A stretch of 49,614 nucleotides of DNA from Ilumatobacteraceae bacterium (lineage in GTDB: Bacteria > Actinomycetota > Acidimicrobiia > Acidimicrobiales > Ilumatobacteraceae), in assembly GCA_044374495.1 (NCBI GenBank), contig JBILOM010000001.1, positions 1 to 49,614 of the forward strand, read 5' to 3'. The position numbers and the translations under genes are program-made. The number at the start of each line of letters is the position of its first letter. Position 1 is the first letter of the stretch. The notes beneath the pieces were generated by a model, which ran no database searches, was not told the origin of the DNA, and worked only from the letters and a program-made list of their open reading frames with translations. Positions 1 to 7,996 of this stretch are shown in pieces.

Positions 1-66
1 GGCTGCTCCGAGGCCAGAGCCTCCACCGGTGATGAAGGCAACTTGGTTTTCGAGGGCAGGTTTCAT
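1..66 (-). CDS. short-chain dehydrogenase/reductase; only the first 22 codons are in the window (gene runs off the left edge)
   Basis: Reverse complement of 1-66 reads MKPALENQVAFITGGGSGLGAA, which contains the TGxxxGxG Rossmann signature of classical SDRs. It is absent from the ORF track because it is truncated. Confidence 0.6.
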   Translation of the reverse strand, partial: MKPALENQVAFITGGGSGLGAA

Positions 67-90
67 ATCTGCAGACTATGCCGATGCTCA

Positions 91-687
91 ATGTGGAAAG
101 GTCACTGGGGCTACCATCTGGTTGTGCGTATTCGTGAAAATCTGACTATTCCGAATGTGCTGTCTCTACTGCGCCTTGCCATGCTGCCAACCTTTGTCAG
201 TTTGTTTGCCGATGGCAGGGTTGTAGCAGGCAGTTGGTTTTTTGGCCTCCTTGCGTCGACTGATTGGATCGACGGCTACATAGCGAGACGTTTTAATCAG
301 GTGAGCGAACTGGGAAAGATTCTTGACCCCATCGCAGATCGCACCGTGTTCTTTGTGGGAATTGGCGCCGCCTTGTACTACGACTATCTGCCGATGTGGT
401 TAGGGATTGTCATTCTGATTCGGGAAGTGTCAATAGCCGTCCTCATGGTTGTTGCTACGGCCATGGGAATGGAAAGATTCCCCGTGACGCGTCTCGGGAA
501 GTGGGCAACGTTTGCCTTGATGGCTGCAGTTCCATGGATCACTCTTGGTTCTGCCGGGGGAGCGTGGACTGTGTTCACCTACATGGGGTGGGCAGTCGGT
601 ATCCCGGGCGTCTTTGTTTCATATAAGTCGTTCTTTGAATATTTGCCGACGGTGAGGAGTCACTTGGCGTCGGGACGAAGGTCATAG
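91..687 (+). CDS. pgsA: CDP-alcohol phosphatidyltransferase (PgsA2-like phosphatidylglycerophosphate/cardiolipin synthase family)
   Basis: Signature DWIDGYIARRFNQVSELGKILDPIADR (DGx2ARx8Gx3Dx3D) plus several hydrophobic helices. The ORF-track start at 43 would overlap the divergent SDR start at 66. In-frame ATG 91 or GTG 124 is more likely. Position upstream of gcvH matches M. tuberculosis Rv1822. Confidence 0.85.
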   Translation: MWKGHWGYHLVVRIRENLTIPNVLSLLRLAMLPTFVSLFADGRVVAGSWFFGLLASTDWIDGYIARRFNQVSELGKILDPIADRTVFFVGIGAALYYDYLPMWLGIVILIREVSIAVLMVVATAMGMERFPVTRLGKWATFALMAAVPWITLGSAGGAWTVFTYMGWAVGIPGVFVSYKSFFEYLPTVRSHLASGRRS

Positions 688-704
688 AGAGTACCGTTAG
701 TGAA

Positions 705-1082
705 GTGACAGTTCCTTCCCAACTCCGATATTCAAAAGATCATGAATGGGTGCTGATCGATGGCTCTCGGGCCAGGGTTGGCATCACTGACTATGCACAA
801 GATGCATTGGGAGACATCGTGTTCATCCAATTGCCAGAGGTGGGATCCGTCATCACTCTGCACGATGGTCTTGGTGAGATCGAAAGCACAAAGAGCGTGA
901 ACGATGTTTATGCCCCTGTCGCAGGAACTGTGGTCGCAGTTAACGAGGCGTTGATTGCGACTCCGGAACTTCTGAATACTGATCCTTATGTAGCGGGTTG
1001 GATCTGCGACATTGAGGTATCAGAAATCAACGAAGCCGAGTTGATGAGCCCAGAGCAGTACTCAGCACTGATTGGTGCGTAG
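705..1082 (+). CDS. gcvH: glycine cleavage system protein H
   Basis: 125 aa with the lipoyl-lysine motif GEIESTKSVNDVYAPVAG and an N-terminal YSKDHEWV. GTG start. Confidence 0.95.
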   Translation: MTVPSQLRYSKDHEWVLIDGSRARVGITDYAQDALGDIVFIQLPEVGSVITLHDGLGEIESTKSVNDVYAPVAGTVVAVNEALIATPELLNTDPYVAGWICDIEVSEINEAELMSPEQYSALIGA

Positions 1083-1094
1083 TAGCTAGTAGTT

Positions 1095-1586
1095 ATGTCG
1101 TACGTGTTTTGCAACCAGTGTGGCCATCGGAATCCACCCGTATCTGCATTCTGCTCTGCGTGTGGAACCGTCCTAGATATTGTCTCTGACCACACGATTA
1201 CGTTGGCAAAGACAGATTCTCTTCAAGATGCGCCAGGACCAGACGACGATGTTCAGGTCTCTCTGACAAGCATTTCGCGTGGGACAGCAATTTTGGTACT
1301 GCGCGGCGGGGAAGGAGAGGGCGACCACTTCGTGTTGTCTTCGCCCGTCACCAATGTTGGTCGACATGCTGATTCGGATATTGCACTTGATGACATCACT
1401 GTGTCTCGTCGACATTGTGAGATCACGTCGGAGGACAGTCGATTCATAGTTCGTGATGTCGGCTCCTTGAACGGTACCTATGTGAACCAGAAGAGAGTTG
1501 ACATGGTTGAACTAACACAGGGTGACGACTTGCAAATCGGGAAATTCCATCTTGTGTTCTTAGAGCGGCCGGATGAAAAATCATGA
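1095..1586 (+). CDS. FHA-domain protein with N-terminal zinc ribbon (occupies the GarA/OdhI genomic position)
   Basis: N-terminus CNQCGHRNPPVSAFCSACG (CxxC-x12-CxxC). C-terminal FHA core VGRHADSDIALDDITVSRRHCEI...RDVGSLNGTYVNQKRV. Lies between gcvH and a MerR gene, as Rv1827 does. Confidence 0.85.
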   Translation: MSYVFCNQCGHRNPPVSAFCSACGTVLDIVSDHTITLAKTDSLQDAPGPDDDVQVSLTSISRGTAILVLRGGEGEGDHFVLSSPVTNVGRHADSDIALDDITVSRRHCEITSEDSRFIVRDVGSLNGTYVNQKRVDMVELTQGDDLQIGKFHLVFLERPDEKS

Positions 1587-2398
1587 GTGAACGTGACTAT
1601 CTCTCTATAGGCGAAGTGCTTGCCCAGCTTCTGGAAGAGTTTCCTGACGTCACTATTTCCAAGATTCGTTTCCTTGAGAGCCAAGGTTTGATTGTTCCAG
1701 AGAGAACGCCTTCCGGTTACAGAAAATTCACCTCAGCTGAAGTAGAACGTCTCCGTTTCATTCTGCAAGAACAGAAGAACAACTACCTTCCACTGCGCGT
1801 TATCAAAGGCAAGCTCGAAGACGAGAGTCAAGACATCAGCCGTGATTTAGACAACATCAGCGAATTGGTTTCCACGTCTGGTCACCCTGCAGCACGCGCT
1901 GCAATGCCGCGACCAGCCGCTGCTGAACAATCATCGCAGTTGGAACAAGATCCCATCGTGCCTGCATCTGTTAAGCGTCAACAACGAAAAGTTGCCCTGC
2001 AGCATGCAGATAAAACAGAATCAATTCCTCGTGATCAACTTTTAGAGCAAGTGCATATTGATTCTGCATTCCTCAAAGATCTAGAAGCAGCAGGGCTCGT
2101 TAGTGGCCATAACGTGGGCGACACGACGTTTTTTGATACTCACTCTGCAGCCATTGCTCGCACCGCTGGTCGTTTTCAGGAAATGGGAATCGACATCCGA
2201 CATTTGCGTGCATGGAAATCCTCTGCTGATCGGGAACTTAGTTTGTTCGAACAAAGGATTCTGCCGCTTCTGCGACAAAGGAATCCGGCGTCGCGTGATG
2301 AAGCTCTTGAAATGCTTGCGGAGTTCATGGAACTTGGTGGCGAATTGCGTAACTCGCTGTTGATGCGAGATATCGCTCGGTTGACGGAACAGAAGTAA
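1583..2398 (+). CDS. ftsR: MerR-family transcriptional regulator, FtsR/Rv1828-like
   Basis: N-terminal MerR HTH (YLSIGEVLAQL...ISKIRFLESQGLIVPERTPSGYRKFT), a long linker and a second MerR-like C-terminal domain. ATGA overlap with the FHA gene. Synteny matches Rv1828/Cg1631. Confidence 0.8.
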   Translation: MSERDYLSIGEVLAQLLEEFPDVTISKIRFLESQGLIVPERTPSGYRKFTSAEVERLRFILQEQKNNYLPLRVIKGKLEDESQDISRDLDNISELVSTSGHPAARAAMPRPAAAEQSSQLEQDPIVPASVKRQQRKVALQHADKTESIPRDQLLEQVHIDSAFLKDLEAAGLVSGHNVGDTTFFDTHSAAIARTAGRFQEMGIDIRHLRAWKSSADRELSLFEQRILPLLRQRNPASRDEALEMLAEFMELGGELRNSLLMRDIARLTEQK

Positions 2399-2400
2399 AC

Positions 2401-2892
2401 ATGAAGTCTCTGTCTGTACGTGGAGTACGAATTGATCGGTTGTCAAACACGCCTGTAGTGACCTTGCGGGAAGAAGACGCGCCCCGTCGGCAATTTGAAA
2501 TCTTCATTGGTGCGCCAGAGGCTGCTGCCATCAAGACTGCACTTGACGATGAAGAAACGCCTCGCCCTTTAACGCACGATTTGTTTGTTATCGCTCTCGA
2601 ACGGGTGTCGGTCTCAGTAAGTCGTGTTGTACTAACTCATGTTTCGAACGGCACCTACTATGCCGATCTAGTTCTCACTCCAGACGGCGGGCCAGAAGTG
2701 ACTGTGTCGAGCAGGCCGTCTGATGCACTAGCCATTGCTCTGCGGGCGTCATGCCCTATATTCGTGCTAGACGACCTTATTGATTTGGTCGGCGAAGTGA
2801 TTGAAGAGGATGAAACCCGTACAGACACGGGAATTATCGACGAATTTAGAGATTTCATCGAGAATATTTCCCCGGAAGATTTCGATACCTGA
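2401..2892 (+). CDS. bifunctional nuclease family protein (DUF151, Rv1829-like)
   Basis: Motifs FIGAPEAAAI, PRPLTHDL and SRPSDALAIALRASCPIFV are typical of the DUF151/BFN family. It starts 2 nt after the ftsR-like stop. Confidence 0.85.
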   Translation: MKSLSVRGVRIDRLSNTPVVTLREEDAPRRQFEIFIGAPEAAAIKTALDDEETPRPLTHDLFVIALERVSVSVSRVVLTHVSNGTYYADLVLTPDGGPEVTVSSRPSDALAIALRASCPIFVLDDLIDLVGEVIEEDETRTDTGIIDEFRDFIENISPEDFDT

Positions 2893-2896
2893 CATC

Positions 2897-2926
2897 TTGA
2901 CGGGAGAGCCATTTCGGCCGTAGCGT
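2897..2926 (+). promoter_or_regulatory. candidate sigma-A type promoter for the second MerR gene and gcvT
   Basis: TTGACG (2897-2902), an 18-nt spacer, then TAGCGT (2921-2926), in the only real gap of the gcvH-gcvT array. A 9-nt direct repeat CCATTTCGG occurs at 2909-2917 and 2945-2953. Confidence 0.3.
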
Positions 2927-2986
2927 CTTACACCCGCGTAGTTTCCATTTCGGAGCGGAACTAGCGCCCAGCGAATCGGTACTTCA

Positions 2987-3439
2987 ATGACTCAAACTTT
3001 CAGTGGAACGCAGGCAGCAGACGTAGTGGGAATTACCTACCGTCGTCTTGACTACTGGGCACGTACAGACCTTGTACGTCCATCTGGAACTGATGCTGCA
3101 GGAAGCGGCAGCCGCCGTCGATACACCTACCGCGACCTACTTGAATTGCGGATCATCAAACAGCTTCTTGATGCTGGTATCCGATTGGAATCAATTCGTG
3201 ATGTATTTGCTTATCTACGTGATCACATTGAGACCGATATTTCAGCGGCGCATTTAGTAATCGACGGATCTTCCGTAGTTCTGTGCAACGGAGACGAATT
3301 GATTGATGTGTTGCGTCATGGCCAAGGTGTTCTGAATATTCTTCCTATGGATTCAGTGCGTGAACAAGTGGACAAACAAATTGTGTTGCTTCATCCTGTC
3401 GACGATTCATTTGGTGATGAAATCTCGCGGGCTGTGTAA
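2987..3439 (+). CDS. MerR-family transcriptional regulator (Rv1830-like)
   Basis: N-terminal MerR HTH (FSGTQAADVVGITYRRLDYWARTDLVRPS...RRYTYRDLLELRIIKQLLDAG). Conserved position after the DUF151 nuclease. Confidence 0.85.
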   Translation: MTQTFSGTQAADVVGITYRRLDYWARTDLVRPSGTDAAGSGSRRRYTYRDLLELRIIKQLLDAGIRLESIRDVFAYLRDHIETDISAAHLVIDGSSVVLCNGDELIDVLRHGQGVLNILPMDSVREQVDKQIVLLHPVDDSFGDEISRAV

Positions 3440-3441
3440 AG

Positions 3442-4494
3442 GTGCGTTTCTCGCCACTTGATGCTACGCATCGTTCACTAGACGCAAAGATGGTTCCCTT
3501 CGGCGGTTGGGACATGCCTTTGGCGTATCCGTCAGGAACTCTTGCCGAGCACGCTGCATGTCGCTCGGGTGCAGTCATCTTTGATGTTTCTCACTTAGGG
3601 ACTGTTCGTGTTGAGGGTGAGAATGCGTTTGACCAACTTCAAGCATGTCTTACAAATGACCTATCGCGGATAGCTCCAGGTCGCGCTCAGTACACGCACT
3701 TGCTTGATAAGGGCGATGCCAGTGTTCTCGATGACATCATCGTGTGGTGGGTAAGTGATCAGGTTTTCGACGTGATGCCAAATGCCTCAAATACAGAGCG
3801 CGTTGTTGCGGCTATTGGTGGTACTGACACCACGAGCACTCGCGCAGTGATCGCGGTGCAAGGACCACAGGCGCGAGCAGTTGTGGCGAAGTTCAGTGCT
3901 GAGGCTGCCGCAGTTCGACGCTTTACGGTTCAGGAATTGCAAGTCTGTGGTTTCTCATGCGTTGTCGCGGGGACTGGCTACACAGGTGAAGACGGTATTG
4001 AAATTGCTGTGCCAAATGAAGGTGCAGCGGTTGTGTGGAAAGCCCTTCACGATGCTGGTGCAATTCCTGCAGGCTTGGGTGCACGTGACACTCTTCGTCT
4101 TGAAGCTGGGTTACCGCTACACGGACATGAATTGGGAGAGGGCATTACGTCCCTACAAGCCGGACTTGAGTGGGTCGTTGCATGGGGCAAGCCTGATTTT
4201 TTCGGAAAAACAGCTTTGCTGAATGAAAAAGAGAGGGGAGTTGCGCGTCGATTAGTCGGTATTTCTATTCCCGGACGCCGTCCTGCACGTGATGGCACAC
4301 GCGTTCTAGACTCGGCGGGATCTGAGATCGGCTTTGTCAGCAGCGGAAATTTCTCGCCAACACTCGGACACTGCGTTGCCATGGCGTTTGTGTCGCCATC
4401 CGTCAACGTGGGTGATTCAGTCTCGATGGATGTTCGGGGAACGCTCATCGACGGAGTGGTTGTAGCTACTCCGTTTGTTGCGAAGAAGAAGTAG
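3442..4494 (+). CDS. gcvT: glycine cleavage system aminomethyltransferase T
   Basis: 350 aa with SPLDATHRSLDAKMVPFGGWDMPLAY, FDVSHLG, GYTGEDGIEI and ARDTLRLEAGLPLHGHEL. GTG start 2 nt after the MerR stop. Confidence 0.95.
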   Translation: MRFSPLDATHRSLDAKMVPFGGWDMPLAYPSGTLAEHAACRSGAVIFDVSHLGTVRVEGENAFDQLQACLTNDLSRIAPGRAQYTHLLDKGDASVLDDIIVWWVSDQVFDVMPNASNTERVVAAIGGTDTTSTRAVIAVQGPQARAVVAKFSAEAAAVRRFTVQELQVCGFSCVVAGTGYTGEDGIEIAVPNEGAAVVWKALHDAGAIPAGLGARDTLRLEAGLPLHGHELGEGITSLQAGLEWVVAWGKPDFFGKTALLNEKERGVARRLVGISIPGRRPARDGTRVLDSAGSEIGFVSSGNFSPTLGHCVAMAFVSPSVNVGDSVSMDVRGTLIDGVVVATPFVAKKK

Positions 4495-4885
4495 AAGTCG
4501 TCGACGGCTTATTTGGTCGGAGCCCAAATAAGCCCCCAGCATTTTCTGCCAACGTGGTGAGTGGCCCTAGTCGTTTGGAAAGATCACCAAGTTGCGCTGC
4601 TACTTCACCCATGGAAGCCATTGTGTTCATAGCGGTACCTACTTGAGGCATGATGCGCCGTAGCGGTTCCTCGATGTCATCGAGCATTGCATTAATGCGA
4701 GTTGTCGTTTTATTGAGATTGTCTACCGTTGAAGCAAGGTTCTCAAGGATTGTCAAGAGTGACTCGCTTGTTCTGCGAGTGACGTCGACAGCCTTTCCGG
4801 CCAGATCTATCGGATCAATTGTTCCAAGAAGTGACAACAGTTGTTCGAGTGGATTCGTTGTCGTATTTTGTTCCGCGTCGCTCAC
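4466..4885 (-). CDS. hypothetical coiled-coil protein co-transcribed with gcvP
   Basis: 139-aa ORF. Its GTG start overlaps the gcvP stop (GTGA). The sequence is heptad-like (LENLASTVDNLNKTTTRINAMLDDIEEPL) with a Ser/Thr-rich tail. I do not recognise a family. Confidence 0.55.
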   Translation of the reverse strand: MSDAEQNTTTNPLEQLLSLLGTIDPIDLAGKAVDVTRRTSESLLTILENLASTVDNLNKTTTRINAMLDDIEEPLRRIMPQVGTAMNTMASMGEVAAQLGDLSKRLGPLTTLAENAGGLFGLRPNKPSTTSTSSSQQTE

Positions 4886-7758
4886 GAACCCACCGTAGCG
4901 TGCTCGAGACTTATGGCGTATTGCTCAATTGGTGCACAAGTACACACAAGGTTTCGATCGCCATAAGCCGCATCGATTCGAGACACGGGCGGGTAGTACC
5001 CACGCGATCTGAGATGTGCGAGCGGGTAGAGGGCCGAGGCCCTGCTGTATGAGCGGTTCCAGTCTCCTGCAATGTCTTCAACAGTGTGTGGCGCGTAGTG
5101 AAGTACTGATTCTTCTGCTGTCACCTTGCCGCTCAAGACCATTTCAATCTCGCGGCGAATACCGATCATGGCATCACAGAAACGGTCGACTTCTGCAAGC
5201 GATTCGCTTTCTGTTGGTTCAACCATAAGTGTGTTAGCCACAGGAAAGCTCATTGTTGGCGCGTGGAGGCCGTAATCCATGAGGCGTTTGGCTACGTCAT
5301 CAATTGAGATACCTGAGCCTTTAATGACGTCTCCAACATTCAGAATGCACTCGTGTGCAATGGTGTTGTTGGCGCCCGTGTACAAAACTGGATAAGAAGA
5401 ATTCAGACGATGAGCAACGTAGTTAGCTGACAAAATTGCATCTGCAGTTGCTTGCAGTAATCCATCTGCACTCATCATGGAGATATACACCCAGGGAATA
5501 GCACAAATGCTCGCTGAACCGAAGTTTGCAGCTGAAACAGGGCCAACTCCGTCTGATGGATTCAATGGGTCACTCGGCAAGAATGGAATGAGATGGCTGC
5601 GTACAGCAACAGGCCCGACTCCGGGGCCGCCACCACCATGCGGAATACAGAATGTCTTGTGAAGATTCAGATGGCTAACGTCGGCTCCGAATTTTCCGGG
5701 TTGCGCAGTACCGACTAAGGCATTGAGGTTTGCACCGTCCACATACACCTGTCCGCCGTGTGCGTGAATGATTTCGCAGATATCAGAAATCGCTTCTTCA
5801 AATACTCCATGGGTCGATGGGTACGTGACCATGATTGCTGCAAGATGGTCGCCAGCTAGTTCTGCTTTGTTGGTCAGATCTGCAACGTCAACGTTTCCGT
5901 TTTCATCGCAGGCAACAACAACTACTGACATGCCAGCCATCACAGCACTTGCAGCATTGGTGCCGTGTGCACTTGAAGGAATCAGGCAAATTGTGCGTTG
6001 CATGTCTCCGCGCGAACGGTGGTACGCACGAATCGCCATCAGGCCAGCAAACTCGCCTTGGCTGCCTGCGTTTGGCTGGAGGCTCACTGCGTCATAGCCC
6101 GTAATTTCTACAAGCATCGCTTCTAACTCTGCCAAGACGGTACGAATTCCGACTGATTCATCCGATGGTGCATACGGATGCAATGAAGAAAATTCTGGCC
6201 AGGTAACTGGTTCCATCTCTGTAGTGGCGTTCAATTTCATGGTGCATGAACCAAGCGGAATCATTGTGCGGTCAAGGGCCAAGTCTTTGTCAGCAAGGCC
6301 GCGAAGGTAGCGAAGCATTTCATGTTCGGTGTGATACTTATGAAAGACGGATTGCTTCAAGTAGACGTCCGTGCGGAACTGATTGTTGGCAGTTACTTCA
6401 CCATGCTCTACACATGCAACATCAATTGAATTCAGAAGTTGCGCGATGACCTCAATTGTCGTTGTTTCATCAACACTTATGGAAAAGGCAGTGTCAGAGA
6501 CGCGACGCATATTGAAGCCGGCTGTACGTGCCCGTTGTATCAGCGCCGTTGCATCGTTGGTGTCACAAGTGACAGTGTCGAAGAATGCGTCGTGGCGTAC
6601 CCTCAATCCGGCTTTAGTCAATGACGCCGCAATCGTTACGGCATGTTTATGTACTCTGTTAGCAATTCTCTTGAGACCGTCAGGCCCATGCCAGATGCCG
6701 TACATTCCGGCCATGTTTGCTAGTAGCACCTGAGCCGTGCAGATATTGCTCGTGGCTTTCTCGCGACGAATATGTTGTTCGCGAGTTTGTAAAGCCAACC
6801 GCAAAGCGGGACGACCTTCAGTATCTGTACTGACTCCGACTAGGCGCCCAGGCAACGCACGAGCGTGTTCGTCACGAGTGGCCATGAATGCAGCATGCGG
6901 GCCACCAAAACCCATCGGTACGCCGAATCGCTGCGAAGACCCAATTGCAATATCAAAACCAAGTTGTCCAGGGGGAGTGAACAGTACGCACGCAAGTAAG
7001 TCTGTGACGGCGATGGATATCGCTTTGTTCTGTCTCGCTTGTTCTGTAAGCGCAGACAGTGTGGCAGCAGGTGGAACGATGCCATCGCTCCCGGGCATTG
7101 ATACGACGACTGCGAAATACAGTGACGCATCATACGTAGCTATGTTTCCAAGTTGTATTGCGATTCCGATTGGTTCTAAGCGAGTAGCAAGAACAGCGAG
7201 AGTTTGTGGATGTGTATTGCTGTCAACAAAAACTGAATCCGATTTCGACTTACTGACTCTGTGCGCCATGGTCACGGCTTCGGCAACTGCTGTTGCTTCA
7301 TCCAGTAAAGAACCATTAGCCAAAGGAAGCCCGGTGAGTTCTGTCACCATGGTTTGAAAATTTAGAATTGCTTCCAGACGACCTTGACTGATTTCAGGTT
7401 GATACGGCGTATATGCGGTGTACCACGCTGGGTTTTCCAACACGTTCCTCTTGATAACAGCAGGGGTGATCGTGTTGTAATAACCCTGACCGATGAACGA
7501 AGTGCGCTGAACATCATTTGCGAATTTTGACTTAAGAACAGGAAGAACTTCAGTCTCGGTCAAGGGAGATGAAAGCGCCATCGATGTGCGCAGACGAATC
7601 GCAGAGGGGATTGTTGCGTCGAGCAATTCTTCTGAACTCTTGAAACCAACTGCGGCCAACATTGTGGCTCTGTCTGCATCATTGAGACCGAGATGACGGT
7701 GAGCAAAATGGTCCGCGTGAAATTCAGGCGTGGTAAGTGAACGTTGGGTAGAGGTCAT
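4882..7758 (-). CDS. gcvP: glycine dehydrogenase (decarboxylating), single-chain P protein
   Basis: 958 aa with FIGQGYYNTITPAVIKRNVLENPAWYTAYTPYQPEISQGRLEA and the PLP site LNLHKTFCIPHGGGGPG. A glycine riboswitch precedes it. Confidence 0.97.
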   Translation of the reverse strand: MTSTQRSLTTPEFHADHFAHRHLGLNDADRATMLAAVGFKSSEELLDATIPSAIRLRTSMALSSPLTETEVLPVLKSKFANDVQRTSFIGQGYYNTITPAVIKRNVLENPAWYTAYTPYQPEISQGRLEAILNFQTMVTELTGLPLANGSLLDEATAVAEAVTMAHRVSKSKSDSVFVDSNTHPQTLAVLATRLEPIGIAIQLGNIATYDASLYFAVVVSMPGSDGIVPPAATLSALTEQARQNKAISIAVTDLLACVLFTPPGQLGFDIAIGSSQRFGVPMGFGGPHAAFMATRDEHARALPGRLVGVSTDTEGRPALRLALQTREQHIRREKATSNICTAQVLLANMAGMYGIWHGPDGLKRIANRVHKHAVTIAASLTKAGLRVRHDAFFDTVTCDTNDATALIQRARTAGFNMRRVSDTAFSISVDETTTIEVIAQLLNSIDVACVEHGEVTANNQFRTDVYLKQSVFHKYHTEHEMLRYLRGLADKDLALDRTMIPLGSCTMKLNATTEMEPVTWPEFSSLHPYAPSDESVGIRTVLAELEAMLVEITGYDAVSLQPNAGSQGEFAGLMAIRAYHRSRGDMQRTICLIPSSAHGTNAASAVMAGMSVVVVACDENGNVDVADLTNKAELAGDHLAAIMVTYPSTHGVFEEAISDICEIIHAHGGQVYVDGANLNALVGTAQPGKFGADVSHLNLHKTFCIPHGGGGPGVGPVAVRSHLIPFLPSDPLNPSDGVGPVSAANFGSASICAIPWVYISMMSADGLLQATADAILSANYVAHRLNSSYPVLYTGANNTIAHECILNVGDVIKGSGISIDDVAKRLMDYGLHAPTMSFPVANTLMVEPTESESLAEVDRFCDAMIGIRREIEMVLSGKVTAEESVLHYAPHTVEDIAGDWNRSYSRASALYPLAHLRSRGYYPPVSRIDAAYGDRNLVCTCAPIEQYAISLEHATVGS

Positions 7759-7784
7759 AAGTAATCCGATTGACTCTGTGACCC

Positions 7785-7955
7785 CCGCTGTCTTTTGTGC
7801 CTGAGAGCTTCGCCACCGAAATGGCTTTCCCCGTCGGCGGAGGGCAAGCCCTCTCTTTCCAGCGTTCGGCGTCTACCTGGTCCCTGTGCCTGAGAGATTC
7901 CGGGGTGGTTGCTCCTTCGGCGGTGAACCGTTACCGGCACACACTCTCCCAAGTA
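7785..7955 (-). promoter_or_regulatory. tandem glycine riboswitch (two aptamers) in the gcvP 5' leader
   Basis: Minus-strand RNA, aptamer 1 (about 7949-7880): GGAGAGUGUGUGCCGG...CACCGCCGAAGGAGCAACC...AAUCUCUCAGGCACAGGGAC. Aptamer 2 (about 7862-7790): GGAAAGAGAGGGC...CCGCCGACGGGGAAAGCC...GCUCUCAGGCACAAAAGAC. Both match the GGAGAG...CCGAAGGGGCAA...CUCUCAGGCAAAAGGAC consensus. Confidence 0.88.
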
Positions 7956-7996
7956 GACGTTTTCTTACACCGTAGTCGGCGGGGAAGGGGTGAAGG

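Noticed and set aside
43-90. 5' extension of the pgsA ORF to ATG 43, and similar long-start versions at 10850, 12543, 14048, 43914, 44914 and 45533
   Set aside because: The extensions overlap neighbouring genes or divergent starts and add non-homologous residues. Internal starts have a better RBS or stop-start coupling.
6737-7357. 206-aa plus-strand ORF inside gcvP, plus several shorter ones between 5016 and 6733
   Set aside because: All lie antisense to a 958-aa gene with unambiguous GcvP motifs. Their composition is low-complexity Ser/Ala/Cys, with no start context.
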